From: Pseudomonadota bacterium
GTDB lineage: Bacteria > Desulfobacterota > UBA8473
Direction of reading: 5' to 3'
Assembly: GCA_043825855.1 (NCBI GenBank)
Contig: JBDRRJ010000008.1
Location: 1,551 to 65,550 of the forward strand
DNA length: 64,000 nt
Part shown: piece by piece, positions 29,921-40,410 of the stretch
Layout of the letters: each line of letters opens with the position of its first letter
Position numbering within the stretch: the first letter of the stretch is position 1
Program-made: the position numbers and the translations under genes
Notes under the pieces: generated by a model
Told to the model about the DNA's origin: nothing
What the model saw: only the letters and a program-made list of their open reading frames with translations
Database searches by the model: none

Positions 29921-31032
29921 AGCTTATTGAAAAAATCCCTCACAGCTTTAATTACAATAGACACCTGTCCGTCTGTCATATCGCAATATAGAGGCAGTGT
30001 CAGTATCTCTTCGCCAATTTGTTCAGTTACTGGCAATGATGTTGCAAAAGGCTTGAAGAATGGTTGCAGATGGTTGGGAATGTAATGAATACCTGTCCCA
30101 ATACCTTTTTCTTTCAAAAATTTAATCATGTCTTCTCTTGCGCCATTTAAGATCCTGATAATATAAGTGAACGGCGCTGTTTCTTTGAGATTCCATGTGA
30201 GAATTTTCAAGCCATCAATATCCATAAAGGCATCATTATATTTTTGCACAATATCTTTCTTTCTCTTAATAAATGCCCCAACTTTTTTAAATTGCGCCAT
30301 GCCGATTGCGGCATTGATATTGCTCATGTGGTAACGATAACCCTGCATCTTTACTTCGTAAAACCAGGTGCGTTCATTGTGGTAGCGATGCCAGGTATCT
30401 TTATCGATACCCAATATCCTTTTGGTTCGGATTAATTCTGCAATTTTATCATCGTAAACAGTAACCGCACCTCCTTCACCACAAGTAAGATTTTTAATGG
30501 GATCGAAACTGAAGCATGCAGCGTCTCCAAAACTGCCGATTTTCCTTCCTTTATAGGATGACCCAAATGCATGCGCGGCATCTTCAATGACAGCAATATT
30601 GTTTGTTTTTCCGATTTCCATCAGCGCGTCCATATCGCATGCTTGACCGCAATAATGGACCGGCATTATTACCTTGGTCTTTTTGGTAATCTTTTTCCTG
30701 ACATCAAAGACATCCATATTAAGATTGTCAGGATTGATTTCACAGAATACAGGAACTGCCCTCAATGCAGTAATGACTTGAATACTGGCACAGAAAGTTA
30801 AAGAGGGAACTATAACTTCATCCCCTTCTTTTACACCGAAAGCATCCAAGGCAATATGCAGAGCAGTCGTTCCAGTATTGACAGCAAGAGCATGCTTTGC
30901 TCCTAAATATTCTTTAAGTTTGTTTTCAAACTCAAAAACAGTCGACCCCAAGCCAAGCCAACCTGTATCAAACACCTTTTTTATTTCTTCAAGTTCCTCA
31001 TTACCTATGGATGGTCTGGATACTGGTAACAA
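29917..31032 (-). CDS. DegT/DnrJ/EryC1/StrS-family sugar aminotransferase
   Basis: 371 aa. GDEVIVPSLTFCAS...EDAAHAFGS...SFDPIKNLT. Confidence 0.9.
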   Translation of the reverse strand: MLPVSRPSIGNEELEEIKKVFDTGWLGLGSTVFEFENKLKEYLGAKHALAVNTGTTALHIALDAFGVKEGDEVIVPSLTFCASIQVITALRAVPVFCEINPDNLNMDVFDVRKKITKKTKVIMPVHYCGQACDMDALMEIGKTNNIAVIEDAAHAFGSSYKGRKIGSFGDAACFSFDPIKNLTCGEGGAVTVYDDKIAELIRTKRILGIDKDTWHRYHNERTWFYEVKMQGYRYHMSNINAAIGMAQFKKVGAFIKRKKDIVQKYNDAFMDIDGLKILTWNLKETAPFTYIIRILNGAREDMIKFLKEKGIGTGIHYIPNHLQPFFKPFATSLPVTEQIGEEILTLPLYCDMTDGQVSIVIKAVRDFFNKL

Positions 31033-31057
31033 AGTTAACCTCCCTCATGATCCTATT

Positions 31058-31804
31058 TTATTTCAAACCTTTTATTCCAAAAAAGTTGCCTGCATTAATG
31101 CTTGCGCCGTGATATATTGGATAGGAAAGATTTTGATAGTAATAGATGAATCCTGCTTTTTGTAAGGCTTTTTTATATTCATTATCAGTATAATGATAGT
31201 TCCCAGAATCATCTGCTCTACCAAATAATATTGTTCGTATTTTCTTCTTCCAGTAATTCAAAGAAGTTTGTGAGAAGATGGGGGTGATCCTTTCGCATGT
31301 GATTAGGACCATCCCCTCTTGACGAAGCAGTGAATGTGTTTTGCTTAAAACATCTTGAATATTTTGAAACATATAAAGTGCCTGGCAAAAAATGACCGCA
31401 TCAAATTTATCGCATCCATCAAAATCTATATTTAAAAAATCACCAACAATAGGATTAAATTTTGACGCATTTCCTTTGAATTGCGTAAACACCAATGGAG
31501 CGATTTTCAATAATCGGTGTTCAGAAAAGTCTATTGCATTGACCTCAATTACTTCAGGAATTTTCGACAAAAGCGCTGACGTCCATGCAACGCCGGCACC
31601 TATCTCCAAAATGCGGCCACGAATGTAACCAAAAGCGGTAGCAAATTGCAGAGCATCTTCAAAACACTTTTGAAGGTTAGATTCATTTTGAAGAAAATTC
31701 ATCAACTTTGGATCTTCCGTATTTTCAATAAAGAATGGTTTTTTCTTTTCTTTTTCTATGTCGTTCCAGTAGCTTTTATTCACTTCACCCTTCGACTCTT
31801 TCAT
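31058..31804 (-). CDS. Class I SAM-dependent methyltransferase
   Basis: ILEIGAGVAWTSALLS motif I. Confidence 0.75.
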   Translation of the reverse strand: MKESKGEVNKSYWNDIEKEKKKPFFIENTEDPKLMNFLQNESNLQKCFEDALQFATAFGYIRGRILEIGAGVAWTSALLSKIPEVIEVNAIDFSEHRLLKIAPLVFTQFKGNASKFNPIVGDFLNIDFDGCDKFDAVIFCQALYMFQNIQDVLSKTHSLLRQEGMVLITCERITPIFSQTSLNYWKKKIRTILFGRADDSGNYHYTDNEYKKALQKAGFIYYYQNLSYPIYHGASINAGNFFGIKGLK

Positions 31805-33165
31805 TATTCAGAAACAACTGACTGAAAAAATTGGAGAAGTTTATCTTCCCACTGCTCATCAATGTTACATGGCCAATTAACGATGTTGTGGCCCACATGT
31901 TCAGATATTTTGCAATCGCCTGAGGTATAACCAATATCTTGTAAGCCATTTGCACAACATATCACTGGCGTTTTAAACCATGTCCCATCTGTTTCTATAT
32001 ATCGAAACATTTTTTTTAGATGATTAGAAGCATGAGGATGACAATAGGCAAAACGAAGAGGACAAATATCAACAGAAGAATCAAAGTAAATTTTAGGTAT
32101 ATAATTTTTTATTGATGAATTCTGAGCGATTTCAAGGTAGCGCCTCAAAATGTTTTTCCTACTTTTCTTGATATCTTCCCATCTTTCGATTTCCATTAAA
32201 CCTAATTGCGCTAAAAAAGCTGGCATCTTCGAAGGATATGGATAAACTGAAGAATAAATATTATCTGTCGGCCGAATATAATCCTCTTCTAAAAAAGTTA
32301 TTTTCTTTTCAGTCCACAATCTCTTAGCCAGTGTGCGCCAAACATTAAAAAAAACCAAGCGTGGATAGTTTTCAGGTGTATAATATTTTTCTTCAAATAA
32401 TAATTGATCGAAAAGTCTTTGCTGGTGTTCTCTTTTGAGCTGAGGCGAAGACTTTGAAAAACTTATAACTTTTTTGTAAAGCTTTTCATCGTTCGTATAT
32501 AGGAAACCACCTATTAAAGTATTCAAAGGTTTACTATGGTCTGTTGAAAATATTGCTGCATCACCAAAGTTACCAACCTTTGTACCATCTATTGAAGAAT
32601 CGAAGGTAATTGCACAATCCTCTATAACAAAGATCCCTTTTCTTCTTCCCAATTCAACTATTTCCTTGATCTTGCAGGGGATTCCAAAAGAATGCTGCGC
32701 AACAATTACCTTTGTGTGTGGTGTTATTTTCTTTTCGATTGATTCTGCTATTGATCCAAAGGTTACCTCATCAACATCTGCAAAAACAGGAGTCGCACCA
32801 ATGCGCCAGACAGCATTAGCCATTACCGAGCACGTAAAACCAAGTAAAATAACTTCATCGCCTAGTCCTATATTTAGCGACCGGAGGATTGAATAAAATG
32901 CCATTCTTCCAGCAGCATAGCTAATTCCTAAGCCAGGCCCAATTATTGATGCAATTTTTTTTTCATAAGCAAAGGTAATTTCTTGTTGAAAAGCAATATC
33001 AGAAAATAACGTTTTTTTAATTTGCCTAAGATGCTCATCTTTAAGATAAGGGTGTCCTTGAACAAACCCAAATCTATACGGCGACATGGAAGTTCTAATC
33101 ATGTTACCAATTTTAAAGACAAGACGTAAATTTGGGTTTAATTCAATCATCTTTAGTAGCGTCAA
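31804..33165 (-). CDS. DegT-like PLP-dependent sugar aminotransferase/dehydratase with N-terminal extension
   Basis: GDEVILLGFTCSVMANAV...IEDCAITFDS...STDHSKPLNT is a DegT-type layout. Confidence 0.7.
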   Translation of the reverse strand: MTLLKMIELNPNLRLVFKIGNMIRTSMSPYRFGFVQGHPYLKDEHLRQIKKTLFSDIAFQQEITFAYEKKIASIIGPGLGISYAAGRMAFYSILRSLNIGLGDEVILLGFTCSVMANAVWRIGATPVFADVDEVTFGSIAESIEKKITPHTKVIVAQHSFGIPCKIKEIVELGRRKGIFVIEDCAITFDSSIDGTKVGNFGDAAIFSTDHSKPLNTLIGGFLYTNDEKLYKKVISFSKSSPQLKREHQQRLFDQLLFEEKYYTPENYPRLVFFNVWRTLAKRLWTEKKITFLEEDYIRPTDNIYSSVYPYPSKMPAFLAQLGLMEIERWEDIKKSRKNILRRYLEIAQNSSIKNYIPKIYFDSSVDICPLRFAYCHPHASNHLKKMFRYIETDGTWFKTPVICCANGLQDIGYTSGDCKISEHVGHNIVNWPCNIDEQWEDKLLQFFQSVVSE

Positions 33166-33254
33166 GAAAAAGAAACATGGTGAAATATATTATGCTGCTT
33201 ACTTAACTGGCAGTTAATGCTAATTATATCGTGGTTCAAATCTCTTATATATTT

Positions 33255-33479
33255 TTGAATATCCCTATCTGGCATGCCGACTCTTATGACATCGGCACTA
33301 ACTTATTTCTCAATCTCCCAACCGCCAATAAGGCAGTCCAAGATCCTGACTTCAATCCCCATGTTCTCTATTACTGACGCTATGTAACCCAATCCTATAG
33401 GAGGCATAGTGTTTTTAGCCAGCGGATGAGGTGTAGAAAAACACGTGGGAACCATCAGTAAAACTTTTCTTATCTTCAC
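33255..33479 (-). pseudogene. B12-binding radical SAM gene relic (N-terminal 58 codons joined to a few C-terminal codons)
   Basis: The minus-strand GTG ORF 33303-33479 encodes VKIRKVLLMVPTCFSTPHPLAKNTMPPIGLGYIASVIENMGIEVRILDCL..., a B12-binding domain start. Downstream, ..SACQIG.. shares the 14-mer TATCTGGCATGCCG with the relic at 37881-37894. Confidence 0.5.
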
Positions 33480-33585
33480 TAACCAATCTCCATATTGTTG
33501 CTAATGACCATTACCTGATTATGCATACACTTTTGCCGTTTACATCGCTAAACAAATACACGACGGTCAACTCCGTCATATACTC

Positions 33586-35373
33586 TCATTGCACAACCTG
33601 ATTCCATACAGCTTCATGAAACTCCTCATCGATTATATCTGGATCTGGTCTGATAACGCTTTTACTATGCTCAAATGTCAACGAATCACTTTCAGTAACT
33701 ATTCGTTGAGGGAGATTCATACCAAAAAACGGATCGACATCGATTCTTTCAGGGATATATTTATATACCGTAATACCATTCATCAGGCATTCAATCGCCG
33801 CCGTTGTCCCCACATGAATCGCCCATCCTACCTTATCAAACCATTCATCAAGGGGACCTTTGATAAAAATAAAATTATCTGGCAGAGTTCCTGCATATTT
33901 CCTGACAATTTTTTCCGGCATATCAGGATGGGGCTTTAACAAGAACTTTTTGTCCCCCCAAGGCCTCCTCTTCAGATAAAATATCAAGTCTAAAGTATAT
34001 GACAGGACAGGAGAGAATAAAACCAATATGCTTTGTTCCTTTTTATCATTTCTTACATCTCCTTCTTTTTTTTCGCTTTTACTATATCGGAGAGACCCAC
34101 CATTATAAATCGGGCAGGTAAAGCCGCTTTTTTTTAATACTCTAGCCCAGGTATCGCCATTTGCAACAATAATATCAGGCTCCGGGTGGATGCCTTTCTC
34201 ATTTTCTCCCAAAAAATAATTTAAAAGAAAACAGGGAACTACAGTATGTTGATAGGCTATCATTTTACTACTTGATTCTGCCTTTTGCATACCCATTATG
34301 GCCATTTTATCCCATGGCTGGTTTTCGAATGGATAGATTATTGCCTTACAATTAATATCTGTTTCTTTGAAAAAATTATAAAATCCATAGTATAAGGCTA
34401 TATAATAGCATAATTTGCCTTTTTCCTTTATCTTTTCATTTTCAAAAACAGGATGTAAATCAAATCCACAAAAGTCAGGAAGTGCTTTTGCCCATTTAAA
34501 CGACACTGAGTGAAAGAACGAGCTTATAATGTCCGCTAAACTGATAAATAACAGAGTAGGAATAATCTCGCCGCTACGGTAAATTTTGTCCATAAACCGA
34601 GGCGGTATTTCCGGTGAAATCACAAAAACTGTTCGTAGGCCTTTTGTTTCATAAAATGTCTTCAGTTTTCCAAGATATATATCGGTGAAGTGGCCATCAG
34701 CAAAAGAGCGATCCTCAACCCACGTATACATTAATATGCTGGGACTGCTCTTAAAAAGATCTCGTAGTTTTTTTTTGTAATTCACGCCGAACCATTTGTT
34801 CAGTAGCCACATATTTAGATATCTGATGAGAAAAAGGAGCATCCTTGTCCAGGAAAAAAATACTGTTTTTAGCGTATAGCCTATACAGTTTGCCACACTC
34901 TTCTCGATGAGTATAGCAGGAGAATCCAGATTATTGGCACACGCCTTGAGAAGAGGCGGGTGTTCGACTATAACTAATCGTTTCTTTACACCTTTATCTA
35001 TCCATTCCTTTAAAAGAGTCAGAAGGCAGATATTTAAAAAAAGATCTGTGGAAAGTGGATTTTTATAAGCAATGTTAGTCCCCCACCAGAAAGGCTGTTC
35101 CTGCTTCTTTCCAATTTCAGCGATCCAGTCTAAGAAGGGCTTTTTATTTTTTATAGTGATATCTGAGAGTTCTTCGGCGTAATAATACCTATTCCCCTCT
35201 CCCAACTTTTTTATTACATTCTCACGAAGACAGGCATCTGTACCAAAGAAGGTCCATTCCCATTCGTGGTTAACGACGAATTGTTTGTATTTGTTAAGCC
35301 GAGTTAGCGGTATTATGATGATGTCAAGATCTTGAGTCATCTTGCTTATCGGAAAGGGGAAATTACCATACAT
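33586..35373 (-). CDS. Large orphan surface-carbohydrate biosynthesis protein, GT-B/TagF-like or ulosonic-acid-transferase-like (HP motif)
   Basis: 595 aa. C-terminal ...KKFLLKPHPDMP...WAIHVGTTAAIECLMNGITVYKY. It has the same architecture as 42979..44840 and 46358..48271. Confidence 0.55.
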   Translation of the reverse strand: MYGNFPFPISKMTQDLDIIIIPLTRLNKYKQFVVNHEWEWTFFGTDACLRENVIKKLGEGNRYYYAEELSDITIKNKKPFLDWIAEIGKKQEQPFWWGTNIAYKNPLSTDLFLNICLLTLLKEWIDKGVKKRLVIVEHPPLLKACANNLDSPAILIEKSVANCIGYTLKTVFFSWTRMLLFLIRYLNMWLLNKWFGVNYKKKLRDLFKSSPSILMYTWVEDRSFADGHFTDIYLGKLKTFYETKGLRTVFVISPEIPPRFMDKIYRSGEIIPTLLFISLADIISSFFHSVSFKWAKALPDFCGFDLHPVFENEKIKEKGKLCYYIALYYGFYNFFKETDINCKAIIYPFENQPWDKMAIMGMQKAESSSKMIAYQHTVVPCFLLNYFLGENEKGIHPEPDIIVANGDTWARVLKKSGFTCPIYNGGSLRYSKSEKKEGDVRNDKKEQSILVLFSPVLSYTLDLIFYLKRRPWGDKKFLLKPHPDMPEKIVRKYAGTLPDNFIFIKGPLDEWFDKVGWAIHVGTTAAIECLMNGITVYKYIPERIDVDPFFGMNLPQRIVTESDSLTFEHSKSVIRPDPDIIDEEFHEAVWNQVVQ

Positions 35374-35396
35374 TTTTTCTACAGATACCTCCTAGA

Positions 35397-36053
35397 CTAC
35401 ATTCTGGTATCGTCTTCTATTTTCCCGATTTGTTCTTCCAGTTGCGTTAAATTTTCCATCATGTATTTGCTTAATGCCATCAAATGGAAATTCTCTGGTG
35501 TTATTCTTAATACGAAAGGAATCCCTGAATCCCTTGCCGCTTTCTTATCAGATTCCGCATCTCCAACAAAAACTGTTTCTGTTTTCTGTAAACCGTATTT
35601 CTCCATAATATTAGTAACGATCTCCGTTTTTGTTGAAGGAGTCCCGAATATTTCTTTAAAATACTTTTTAATGCCTCTATGGGTCATTATTTCATCCAAC
35701 TCATCACCAGGGGTTCCTGACGCTATAAAAAGCATATATTCCCGGTATTTTTTTTCTAAAAAATCTAATGCACCATCCACAAAAGGCGCTTCCTTGACCC
35801 CACTTAGCACGATTTTGGAAAACTGTCGGCCCAATTCAGCTTCAATCTCTTCGTTATAGGGCTTTTGTAAGATGTTCTCAAAATAATAGCGGAATTTTAC
35901 ATACCTTGATATACCCATGTTCTTAAGATGATACAATACTATCTCTTCGACCTTGTCTGGCCATCGGGAAAAGAGGTTTTTGAAGGCCTCGGTTTTTAAC
36001 TGCGCTGATTCGATAATCACCCCATCAAAATCAAAGATGACAGCCTTAATCAA
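35397..36053 (-). CDS. HAD-superfamily hydrolase, subfamily IA (phosphatase/beta-PGM-like)
   Basis: MIKAVIFDFDGVIIES (DxDG motif I) ...VFVGDAESD (motif IV). Confidence 0.85.
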   Translation of the reverse strand: MIKAVIFDFDGVIIESAQLKTEAFKNLFSRWPDKVEEIVLYHLKNMGISRYVKFRYYFENILQKPYNEEIEAELGRQFSKIVLSGVKEAPFVDGALDFLEKKYREYMLFIASGTPGDELDEIMTHRGIKKYFKEIFGTPSTKTEIVTNIMEKYGLQKTETVFVGDAESDKKAARDSGIPFVLRITPENFHLMALSKYMMENLTQLEEQIGKIEDDTRM

Positions 36054-36720
36054 CTAGCACTCCTATAACGGTACAGGGAGCACCATCAGCGTCGCGGATG
36101 AAAAGAGGTAAGACTATCACCTCCTGAAGACTGGCTGTTTCCGCCGGCACAAAGAGATCTTCGATGATGAGAAGCGACTTACCGCTGTCCTCACCAAGCA
36201 ATATACGATGCGTTTCTCTCCCCATATCCCGTCTTGCGGGAGAGGCTATCGAAATGCAATCGACGCCTATTGCCCGTAAGGCTGGCATATTGTTTTTCAT
36301 CCATCGTGCGGCATCAGGAGCAAGACAGGGATTTTTGTGGCAGTAGGTATCAGTATCATTTCCCCTGAAGCGGCTGAAACCGGTCCGTATGATGACCAGA
36401 TCCGCATTGCACTTATCGGATAATCTTTGCACGTCCTCGATACCTATGACCTCTTCCATGCCTTTCGGGCAATCGAAGATCAAGGGTTTTCTAAATATCA
36501 GTTCATCAACAGTATACCCGTCAATGCTCTTACCCAAATCCCAGAAATGCCTCGGCGCATCAACATGAGTGCCCGCATGGTTCGAAAGTGAGATAAAGAG
36601 GGTATTGCAAGAATCCCCTTTTTTAATCGTCTTGACCTTTTCGATGACTACGGGTTTCGTCCCCGGATAAAGGGGCATCCCTTCAGTGATAGTATATGAA
36701 AGCCTTATGTATCGTCTCAT
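36046..36720 (-). CDS. Cyclase-family (kynurenine-formamidase-like) metal hydrolase
   Basis: ...NHAGTHVDAPRHF... motif. The Met at 36720 avoids overlap with the upstream gene. Confidence 0.75.
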   Translation of the reverse strand: MRRYIRLSYTITEGMPLYPGTKPVVIEKVKTIKKGDSCNTLFISLSNHAGTHVDAPRHFWDLGKSIDGYTVDELIFRKPLIFDCPKGMEEVIGIEDVQRLSDKCNADLVIIRTGFSRFRGNDTDTYCHKNPCLAPDAARWMKNNMPALRAIGVDCISIASPARRDMGRETHRILLGEDSGKSLLIIEDLFVPAETASLQEVIVLPLFIRDADGAPCTVIGVLVD

Positions 36721-36724
36721 GCGC

Positions 36725-37657
36725 CTATTTGTCTTGGTATCCGTGATCGTCACCATCATCCACGATTAGCCCGTCGTATGTAGGCAGCGTGTTAATCTCC
36801 TTGTAAATGTTCTGAATACATTTAAGGATGCCCTGTCCAATGTCTAAATATGTTTTGCTGACAATCCTCTTCGCCAATTTGGGGGCAAACGTATAGGGGG
36901 TTATTTCATAGTGATATTTATTATCTATAGGCAAATATTGTATTTCCACTTTATCATCAAGCATTTCTTTGAGCATCATAAGCAGATCCTTGACCTTCAT
37001 TTGCTGGTACCCGGTGATGATTACATGCTGATTGATAAATTCGTCGTGAAGTATCTCGACGCTGTTCTTTGCGGCATCGAAGACGTGAATGTATTCGCGT
37101 ATCTCCTCACCGTCCCCTTCCCGGATGATCCTACCTGAAGTAATCGCTTCCTTGATCGTCCTGTAAATGAAGTTTCTCTGGTCAGCCCGCGGGCCATACA
37201 AAGAACCAAACCGTAAAATAGTATAAGGCAGGCCGTATACTTCGTAATAGTTTTCTATGATAAGCTCGCAGGCCTGCTTCGTGCTTCGGTAAAAAGAACC
37301 TGACTTGCTGTACACATACAGGGTACTGGCATACACGAACCGCTTAATCTTTGCCTTCCGACAAGCCTCCAGGAGCACCGTATTTCCAAGAACATTGATC
37401 CGGATGCTTTCCATAGGCTTCTGGCTAGCTTCATCAATATCGGCTATACCCGCGAAGTTATAGACGATGTCACAGTCTCTAACGGCCTTTCCCACCGCTT
37501 CCTGATCTAATATGTCCAGTACAACCATTTTCTGGCCATTGCGGAGGCAGGAGGACTTTTTGATATCACAGACCACAACGTCGTGTCCTGCATCTGTCAG
37601 TGCATCAGCCACATGACTGCCCAGAAATCCGGCTCCTCCAAAAACAGCGACTTTCAT
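36725..37657 (-). CDS. NAD-dependent epimerase/dehydratase (extended SDR)
   Basis: MKVAVFGGAGFLGSHVADAL ... YRSTKQACE (YxxxK). Confidence 0.88.
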   Translation of the reverse strand: MKVAVFGGAGFLGSHVADALTDAGHDVVVCDIKKSSCLRNGQKMVVLDILDQEAVGKAVRDCDIVYNFAGIADIDEASQKPMESIRINVLGNTVLLEACRKAKIKRFVYASTLYVYSKSGSFYRSTKQACELIIENYYEVYGLPYTILRFGSLYGPRADQRNFIYRTIKEAITSGRIIREGDGEEIREYIHVFDAAKNSVEILHDEFINQHVIITGYQQMKVKDLLMMLKEMLDDKVEIQYLPIDNKYHYEITPYTFAPKLAKRIVSKTYLDIGQGILKCIQNIYKEINTLPTYDGLIVDDGDDHGYQDK

Positions 37658-37718
37658 AGTTTTGCCCTTCCCAATATAGAATTTAAAAACAGTTCTATCA
37701 AATAATTATTACCCTTGC

Positions 37719-38469
37719 CTATTCAGGATTTTCCTCTCCCCATCGCTGTTCCCTGTAAATTTTAGCATATCTGTATAATATTTCATCTCCCTCTGGAGTG
37801 GAAAATTCCGCTTTCTCGATCATAGGCCATTCTGACTCATCAAACTCCACGTATAAGGGGAACGTCCTCATCATTCCATCTATCTGGCATGCCGTAAAAT
37901 GAGGCATACCTAGCATTGATTTGGAAGTAGTATGCACCGTAAGAGCCTGCGAATCAAGCCATCCTTCCCGTATCGCTTCGTCCCTCAGCGTCGTTCCTCG
38001 ATAAGGGGTAAAGATGCTCACGGTAATTGCATCATATCCTTTTATCTGTTTCACTAAGCGTATCGTATCGAAGACCATCTCCCTTGTTTCATAGGGAAAA
38101 CCAATAATGCAGTTTATGCTGTAACTAATTCCACTTTTATCGATGGTTTCGAAACACCTAATAATATTTCCATTAGATATTTTCCGGCCAAGTTTATTTG
38201 TGCGAAATTTTTCGTTACCCGATTCAATACCGAAAAAAGCGCGAAAAAGCCCCACATCTTTCAGCTTTTCAAGGACATCTGCCGTACAATGCTCTGGTCT
38301 GGTATTGAACCAGAAAGGTATCGATCTCTTTCTGCGGACGGGCAAAAAAATCGACCTCGTAGCCATCTTTCCGAAGTACCCAGGCAAAGATCGCAATAGA
38401 AAGAGGAGTTACTAACATCATGGGGATATTTGGATATACAAGCAGAATCCTGAAATCAAATCTCTTCAT
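37719..38469 (-). pseudogene. B12-binding radical SAM gene, internally deleted and frameshifted
   Basis: Frame a carries MKRFDFRILLVYPNIPMMLVTPLSIAIFAWVLRKDGYEVDFF (B12-domain start). Frame b carries ..IPFWFNTRPEHCTADVLEKLKDVGLFRAFFGIESGNEKF... (the post-core rSAM region). The CxxxCxxC core is missing, and the junction lies near a T7/A7 run at 38354-38360. Confidence 0.7.
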
Positions 38470-38495
38470 TTCTCGTTTCTCAGAGAGCGTATTTG

Positions 38496-39413
38496 TTATT
38501 CAAGCCCTTTCAGCAAATTCATAACCGACTGCCGTTCCATCTCAATCCTTGATTCTTTTGCGTATGAGCCAATGTGCGCTGTCAAGAGCACATTTTTCAG
38601 TTCCGTGAACGGCCCCTTGTAGGGCTCTTCCATAAAAACATCCAATGCTGCACCCGAAAGATGATCGTTTTTCAAAGCTTCGTAGAGAGCCTCTTCATCA
38701 ACAACCCCACCTCTCGATACATTCACCAACCAAGCCCCCCTTTTTATTTTACCAATTTCATTCCTGCCCAGCACTTGCTCCTGCGAGGAAACATGGATAG
38801 TCACAATATCGCTTATTCTCAGAAGAGAATCCATTTCAAGCCTGTCTATATGGGCACCGATTATTTCCGTTTCCGATGTTCCGGCAATTATATCGTAATA
38901 GCGTATAGCACATCCGAAAGGAATCAACAATTCGGCGACCTTTCTACCAATACGCCCAAATCCAACAATGCCGACGCTTTTACCATTTATGAGGTTGCCC
39001 ATGTGCTTGTGCCAAACCCCACTGCGTATTTCTCTGTCGGTCATTGTGATTCTCCGCAGCATGTCGAGCATCAGCCCTATAGTAAGTTCGGCGACCGCGA
39101 GAGTCGGAGCGTCTGGTGTATTAAAAACCTTTATTCCTTTCCGTTTGGCCGCTTCTAGATCAACATTATCCATCCCCGTACCGCAACGCGATATCACTCT
39201 CAATCTGGGAAGCCTACCCATCACCTCATCGTCAATCGTTTCCGTCCCTGCGATAATGCCAATTACATCGCAGTAAAGATCAGATATCTCCTCCTTTTTC
39301 AATTTGCGCCCATAAGGATTGAAGACCACTTCACAGCCTCTTTCAGCCAGTGGCTCAAGCACTGTTTTGTCATACTCACCAAAAGAGGTTGTTGTTATGG
39401 CTATTTTTTTCAT
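38496..39413 (-). CDS. D-isomer-specific 2-hydroxyacid dehydrogenase (SerA/GyaR-like)
   Basis: ...GIVGFGRIGRKVAE... NAD motif, and ...NVSRGGVVDEEAL...LDVF..EP. Confidence 0.9.
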   Translation of the reverse strand: MKKIAITTTSFGEYDKTVLEPLAERGCEVVFNPYGRKLKKEEISDLYCDVIGIIAGTETIDDEVMGRLPRLRVISRCGTGMDNVDLEAAKRKGIKVFNTPDAPTLAVAELTIGLMLDMLRRITMTDREIRSGVWHKHMGNLINGKSVGIVGFGRIGRKVAELLIPFGCAIRYYDIIAGTSETEIIGAHIDRLEMDSLLRISDIVTIHVSSQEQVLGRNEIGKIKRGAWLVNVSRGGVVDEEALYEALKNDHLSGAALDVFMEEPYKGPFTELKNVLLTAHIGSYAKESRIEMERQSVMNLLKGLE

Positions 39414-39423
39414 ATCTACCGCC

Positions 39424-40398
39424 TCATTTTTTCGAGCAGACTACCATCATATGCGAACTCAGGAGATTTTGTGCCACAAAGGCCTGCATATTTTCCTTAT
39501 CCTGCTCCGATGCGATCTGCAGGTAATTTCTCCAGAATCTGTCATGGATGAGATCAGAGTTGTTTTCCATGATACTAATGTCCAGTTTCCCAGGAGTGGT
39601 GATCTCGATGACCTTAAAGTCCAGACGTTTCAGCAATATCTGCACAGACTTTGGATTGAAGAAATTTAGATGGTGAGGAGGCGAGATGGATTTTGAGTTT
39701 TCCCACAATACTTGTATATCTATACCCATACCGCTTAAGGTGGTAAATATAAACAGGTCATTCTTCTGCATCAAGCCGTTAAGAGTGCCAAGAAAATCCG
39801 TGGGATCATGCAAATGTTCGAACAACTCGAAACTGACAAAAGCTTTAGTTTCTTTCGGGATAAGATCCGGTGATATATCTTCCAGAAACTGTTCCATGAC
39901 AGACAGTCCTTTATCCCTGCACACCTTCGCCAGATGCACAGATGGCTCAATGACAACAATATCAAGGTCCATAATCTTCTGTATTTCTTCTGCAAAAGTT
40001 CCGTATCCCCCGCCGATATCGAGTATCGTTTTCGCCTGTGAAAATCTTTCTACCTTTTCCTTAATCAGGCGGGCCTTTGGTTTCCAGAGCTTTTCCCGCC
40101 GCGCTGATTCTGTCTCCTTGTAAAAAGTGGTTGCCCAGTATCTCGTCGACGGCGAATCGGTATAATAATGGTCAAACGCTTCCTTTGCAGGTCTCGGACT
40201 GACAAACAGCGTCAGGCATTCGGAGCATTCTTCATAACTGAATCCCTTTTTATTGAACGCATAAACTCCCTTTGCCCCACAAGCGGGGCAGGATATATGT
40301 ATGCGAGGTGCATTCTCGAAATAAGTTGTAACATCCTGCTCAGCAAGTTTAAGATACTCGTTAAAAATGTTCTGTGGTCGTATTTCATTTTCTTTCAT
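39424..40398 (-). CDS. Class I SAM methyltransferase with N-terminal Cys4 zinc-ribbon
   Basis: CPACG...CSEC followed by ILDIGGGYGTFAEE motif I. This resembles the layout of sugar C-/O-methyltransferases. Confidence 0.75.
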   Translation of the reverse strand: MKENEIRPQNIFNEYLKLAEQDVTTYFENAPRIHISCPACGAKGVYAFNKKGFSYEECSECLTLFVSPRPAKEAFDHYYTDSPSTRYWATTFYKETESARREKLWKPKARLIKEKVERFSQAKTILDIGGGYGTFAEEIQKIMDLDIVVIEPSVHLAKVCRDKGLSVMEQFLEDISPDLIPKETKAFVSFELFEHLHDPTDFLGTLNGLMQKNDLFIFTTLSGMGIDIQVLWENSKSISPPHHLNFFNPKSVQILLKRLDFKVIEITTPGKLDISIMENNSDLIHDRFWRNYLQIASEQDKENMQAFVAQNLLSSHMMVVCSKK

Positions 40399-40410
40399 AT
40401 CAACGCAATC

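Noticed and set aside
35332-39669. Antisense ORFs 35332..35859, 38574..39158, 38968..39276 and 39319..39669.
   Set aside because: They are shadow frames opposite the HAD, 2-hydroxyacid dehydrogenase and methyltransferase genes, with no family features.
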